From Acanthaster planci (Eukaryota): a stretch of DNA of 62,000 nucleotides. The DNA is taken from positions 930,001 through 992,000 of the forward strand of contig NW_019091402.1 in NCBI RefSeq assembly GCF_001949145.1, written 5' to 3'. The notes beneath the pieces were generated by a model. The model did not search any database, had not been told where the DNA came from, and was given only the letters and a program-made list of their open reading frames with translations. Below, piece by piece: positions 59,688-62,000 of the stretch; the first letter of the stretch is position 1, and each line of letters opens with the position of its first letter. The position numbers were made by a program, and so were the translations under genes.

Positions 59688-61799
59688 TCAGTCGTTCTTG
59701 TTCCGCCCGGTGAAGGTGTCCATGCTTGCCGCCATACCACTGCTTCGTTGGGCCATGAGACTGAGCTCTTCAGGCACTATCCTATTGAGGGTCATAAGAG
59801 AAGTATCGACACTGTAATAAAATAATTATAAGCCAATGGACGATTTGCAAGGCTGCCATGTTACAGGGCAGTGTTTTTGTTCCACAGGGTATGTACCGAG
59901 GAGGTTTACCTGTGGAACGAAGGAACTGCCCTTCATGATGGCTACCACGCAAAGCCTCTATAGTCCTTTGGAACTCGGTTTTAAGGGTTTAAGAATAAGA
60001 TCTCCCATATCTGACCAGCATTTAAACTGAAAGGAATACGCGCGATATCATTTAATCATTGATCCTTTGAAATAGTTGTTGCAGTACCTGCTGCTATATC
60101 TGACTCGAACCAGCCAGCGGACACCGAAAAGCTCAGTGGTTGAGTGGTTAAGACGTCTGCAGGAAGTCGTGGGTTCGAGTCCCACCTGAGTACGCTTGTG
60201 ATTGTTTCACAAGCCTTCGGGGGCAAACACTGAGTATACAGTGTTGTAATTCAAGTCGGCCAGCACAAAAAAAATCCAGAAATGTTTCACCATCTCTGTG
60301 CATGCGTCCATCAATTGCAAATTTTTGATCTCCGTTAGCGCGAAATGGTTCATGTTGCCAACAACCACTGTGCTCCACTGAAGCGCGCGCTGCAGTTTAC
60401 AACGTCATTTGCTGTCGACAATAAGCCTTTTGTGAGTTTGATTTGAATGAAATCTGGCACAGTGAGTTATCTTATTGCACATTGCATATAACAATTTGAA
60501 TTCCCAGACTAAAGACATTGTTGCTATACCTCTTGATTCGGGGCAAACTTTTGGATAGCGACCACCATCTCTGGAATGGACTGGTTCCTTTGTGCCCTTC
60601 TTATCCATTGAGAACAGTGTATTGTTGCAAGGCGTCTCTTATGTAACTGATCAAAAGGTTGCCCCGAATCACGAGGTATAGCAACAGTGTCTTCAGCGTG
60701 GAGAATTCAAATTGTTATTTTCACATGAATTTTAAAAAACTCAGTGTACTAGATTTTATTCAAATTTAACTCGCAAAGGCTTATTCACCCAAACTACCCC
60801 CCATACTAAATTTTAAACTTAGAAAAAAGCTCCAAGGAAACTTACATATCAAGTAACATCATAATTGGGGCGTATCTTGGTACGAACACAGTCTGGTCGT
60901 TCAGAAGCACACCGTCCATTACCTGTGAAACCACGTACTCTGGGGCTAGGAACCTGAGAATGTACAAAAATCACCAGTTTTAGATGGTGTTGTGTCGAAC
61001 TAATCTTGGTGTCGTGAGATGTCGTCTTGCTTTAAAAAAATGCCACCGGCCCGTTATTCCCATCTGTCTTTCCCTAGATAAACCCAAATGAAATTTTTTG
61101 GTTACAACCCGTAATGAAAATAGTAGCGGATCCCGAGAAGGCGCAGCCGGCGCCACTGTATTATGTCGAGAGTGTTCACGGCACTAGTTAAAGCTGATTA
61201 TAGAAAGAGTCGCGACATGAGTGTCTCGTTTTTTGGAGCCAGAATGGTTGATTATGCATCAGTAGCACACAATATAGATGTATGCCGTACTTTACACATA
61301 ATGGACAGCCATTTTGGTTCCAAAGTCTGAAGTTGGCGCTACTCTACACTCTCTAAATCTACAAGGAAAGGCATATTAAAGCCTTGAAATCGGTTTGCAC
61401 TTCGAAAGCAAAGCAAATTAGACATGACCTCCAATTCGTGACGTCAGATAAAATGCTTACGCTGCAGAAGCTCGTTAAATTTTGGCCGAAGTGCAATTCG
61501 CAGCAAATATTTCCTACAGTCAGCTTGGGTGTCAAATATTGTAACGTTGCCTACTCTGCGGTCACGCCTTCGAACATTCCCGTGCTGACGTAGGCCGGGC
61601 AGACCAGCGTCATGTTGATGCCGTCGTAGCCTTCCAGCAGCAACTCAAGCCGCAGCGTCTTGTGCAGGCCGACGGCGGCGAACTTGCTGGCGCAGTAGTC
61701 CACCATCCGCTTGACCGGGAAGTAGCCGCAGAGGCTGGCGACGGTGACGATGTGGCCGCGGTTATTGGCCATCATGGCTGGCAGGAAGGCCTTTAAGAT
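59688..61799 (-). CDS. Short-chain dehydrogenase/reductase, SDR16C family (epidermal retinol dehydrogenase 2 / RDH10 / HSD17B11-like); 3' three exons, 5' part beyond the window
   Basis: Exons 61555-61799, 60846-60953 and 59688-59781 (alternative acceptor at 59811), with consistent phases. Translation ILKAFLPAMMANNRGHIVTVAS...DYCASKFAAVG (catalytic YxxxK)...TLVCPAYVSTGMFEG...LAPEYVV...MDTFTGR-stop is typical of SDR16C. Confidence 0.9.
60131..60245 (+). mobile_element. tRNA-derived SINE in an SDR intron (antisense to host gene)
   Basis: A-box TGGTTGAGTGG (~60137-60147) and B-box GGTTCGAGTCC (~60172-60182), but no intact cloverleaf. A non-tRNA body follows, ending ACTGAGTATACAGTG. Confidence 0.6.
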
Positions 61800-62000
61800 C
61801 TGGAGAGCGCGGGTGTTATAAAACCGGGTATAACTATGGGTTTGTTCCTTATATGTTACAGTTATATTTTTGCCACCAGTGTTGTAAAACTAACCTTAGC
61901 CGCCAGCGTATAGGCAATAAAAACAATTCACTGACTGTTAACAAATCTTATCTTTCTATCACAACACTAAATAATAAACACTACAACTAATTACTACATA

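Noticed and set aside
60131..60192. Possible tRNA gene (A and B boxes)
   Set aside because: No proper acceptor or anticodon stems, and it runs into a non-tRNA body; better explained as a SINE.

Overview
This is AT-rich animal genomic DNA with GT-AG introns, many MITEs/SINEs and four N-gaps. Gene and repeat content suggest a marine invertebrate deuterostome, possibly an echinoderm (inference only). Seven protein-coding genes can be reconstructed. Two are divergently oriented paralogues about 42 kb apart (minus 8182-11675; plus 53357-56842). Each encodes, in what appears to be one large coding exon (interrupted by an N-gap), a type-I membrane protein with an IgGFc-binding-protein N-terminal domain fused to a SUSD2/Mesh-type IPT-AMOP-VWD-Sushi-TM body. 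Between them, all on the minus strand, lie an 8-exon PhyH-family Fe(II)/2OG dioxygenase, an intronless atypical rhodopsin-class GPCR, an intronless 527-aa Lys/Glu/Ser-rich orphan ORF, and a 5-exon IMPAD1/BPNT2 gene. The 3' three exons of an SDR16C-type short-chain dehydrogenase end the window. Mobile DNA includes Kolobok-like, hAT-like, Tc1/mariner-like, Harbinger-like, CMC/EnSpm-like and MULE-like non-autonomous elements, tRNA-derived SINEs and a decayed RTE LINE fragment. The most unusual system is the inverted pair of chimeric surface proteins. They show patchy gene-conversion-like homogenisation, a conserved furin site, and a divergent cationic amphipathic segment directly after that site. 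All domain and family calls come from motif recognition by eye, not database searches.
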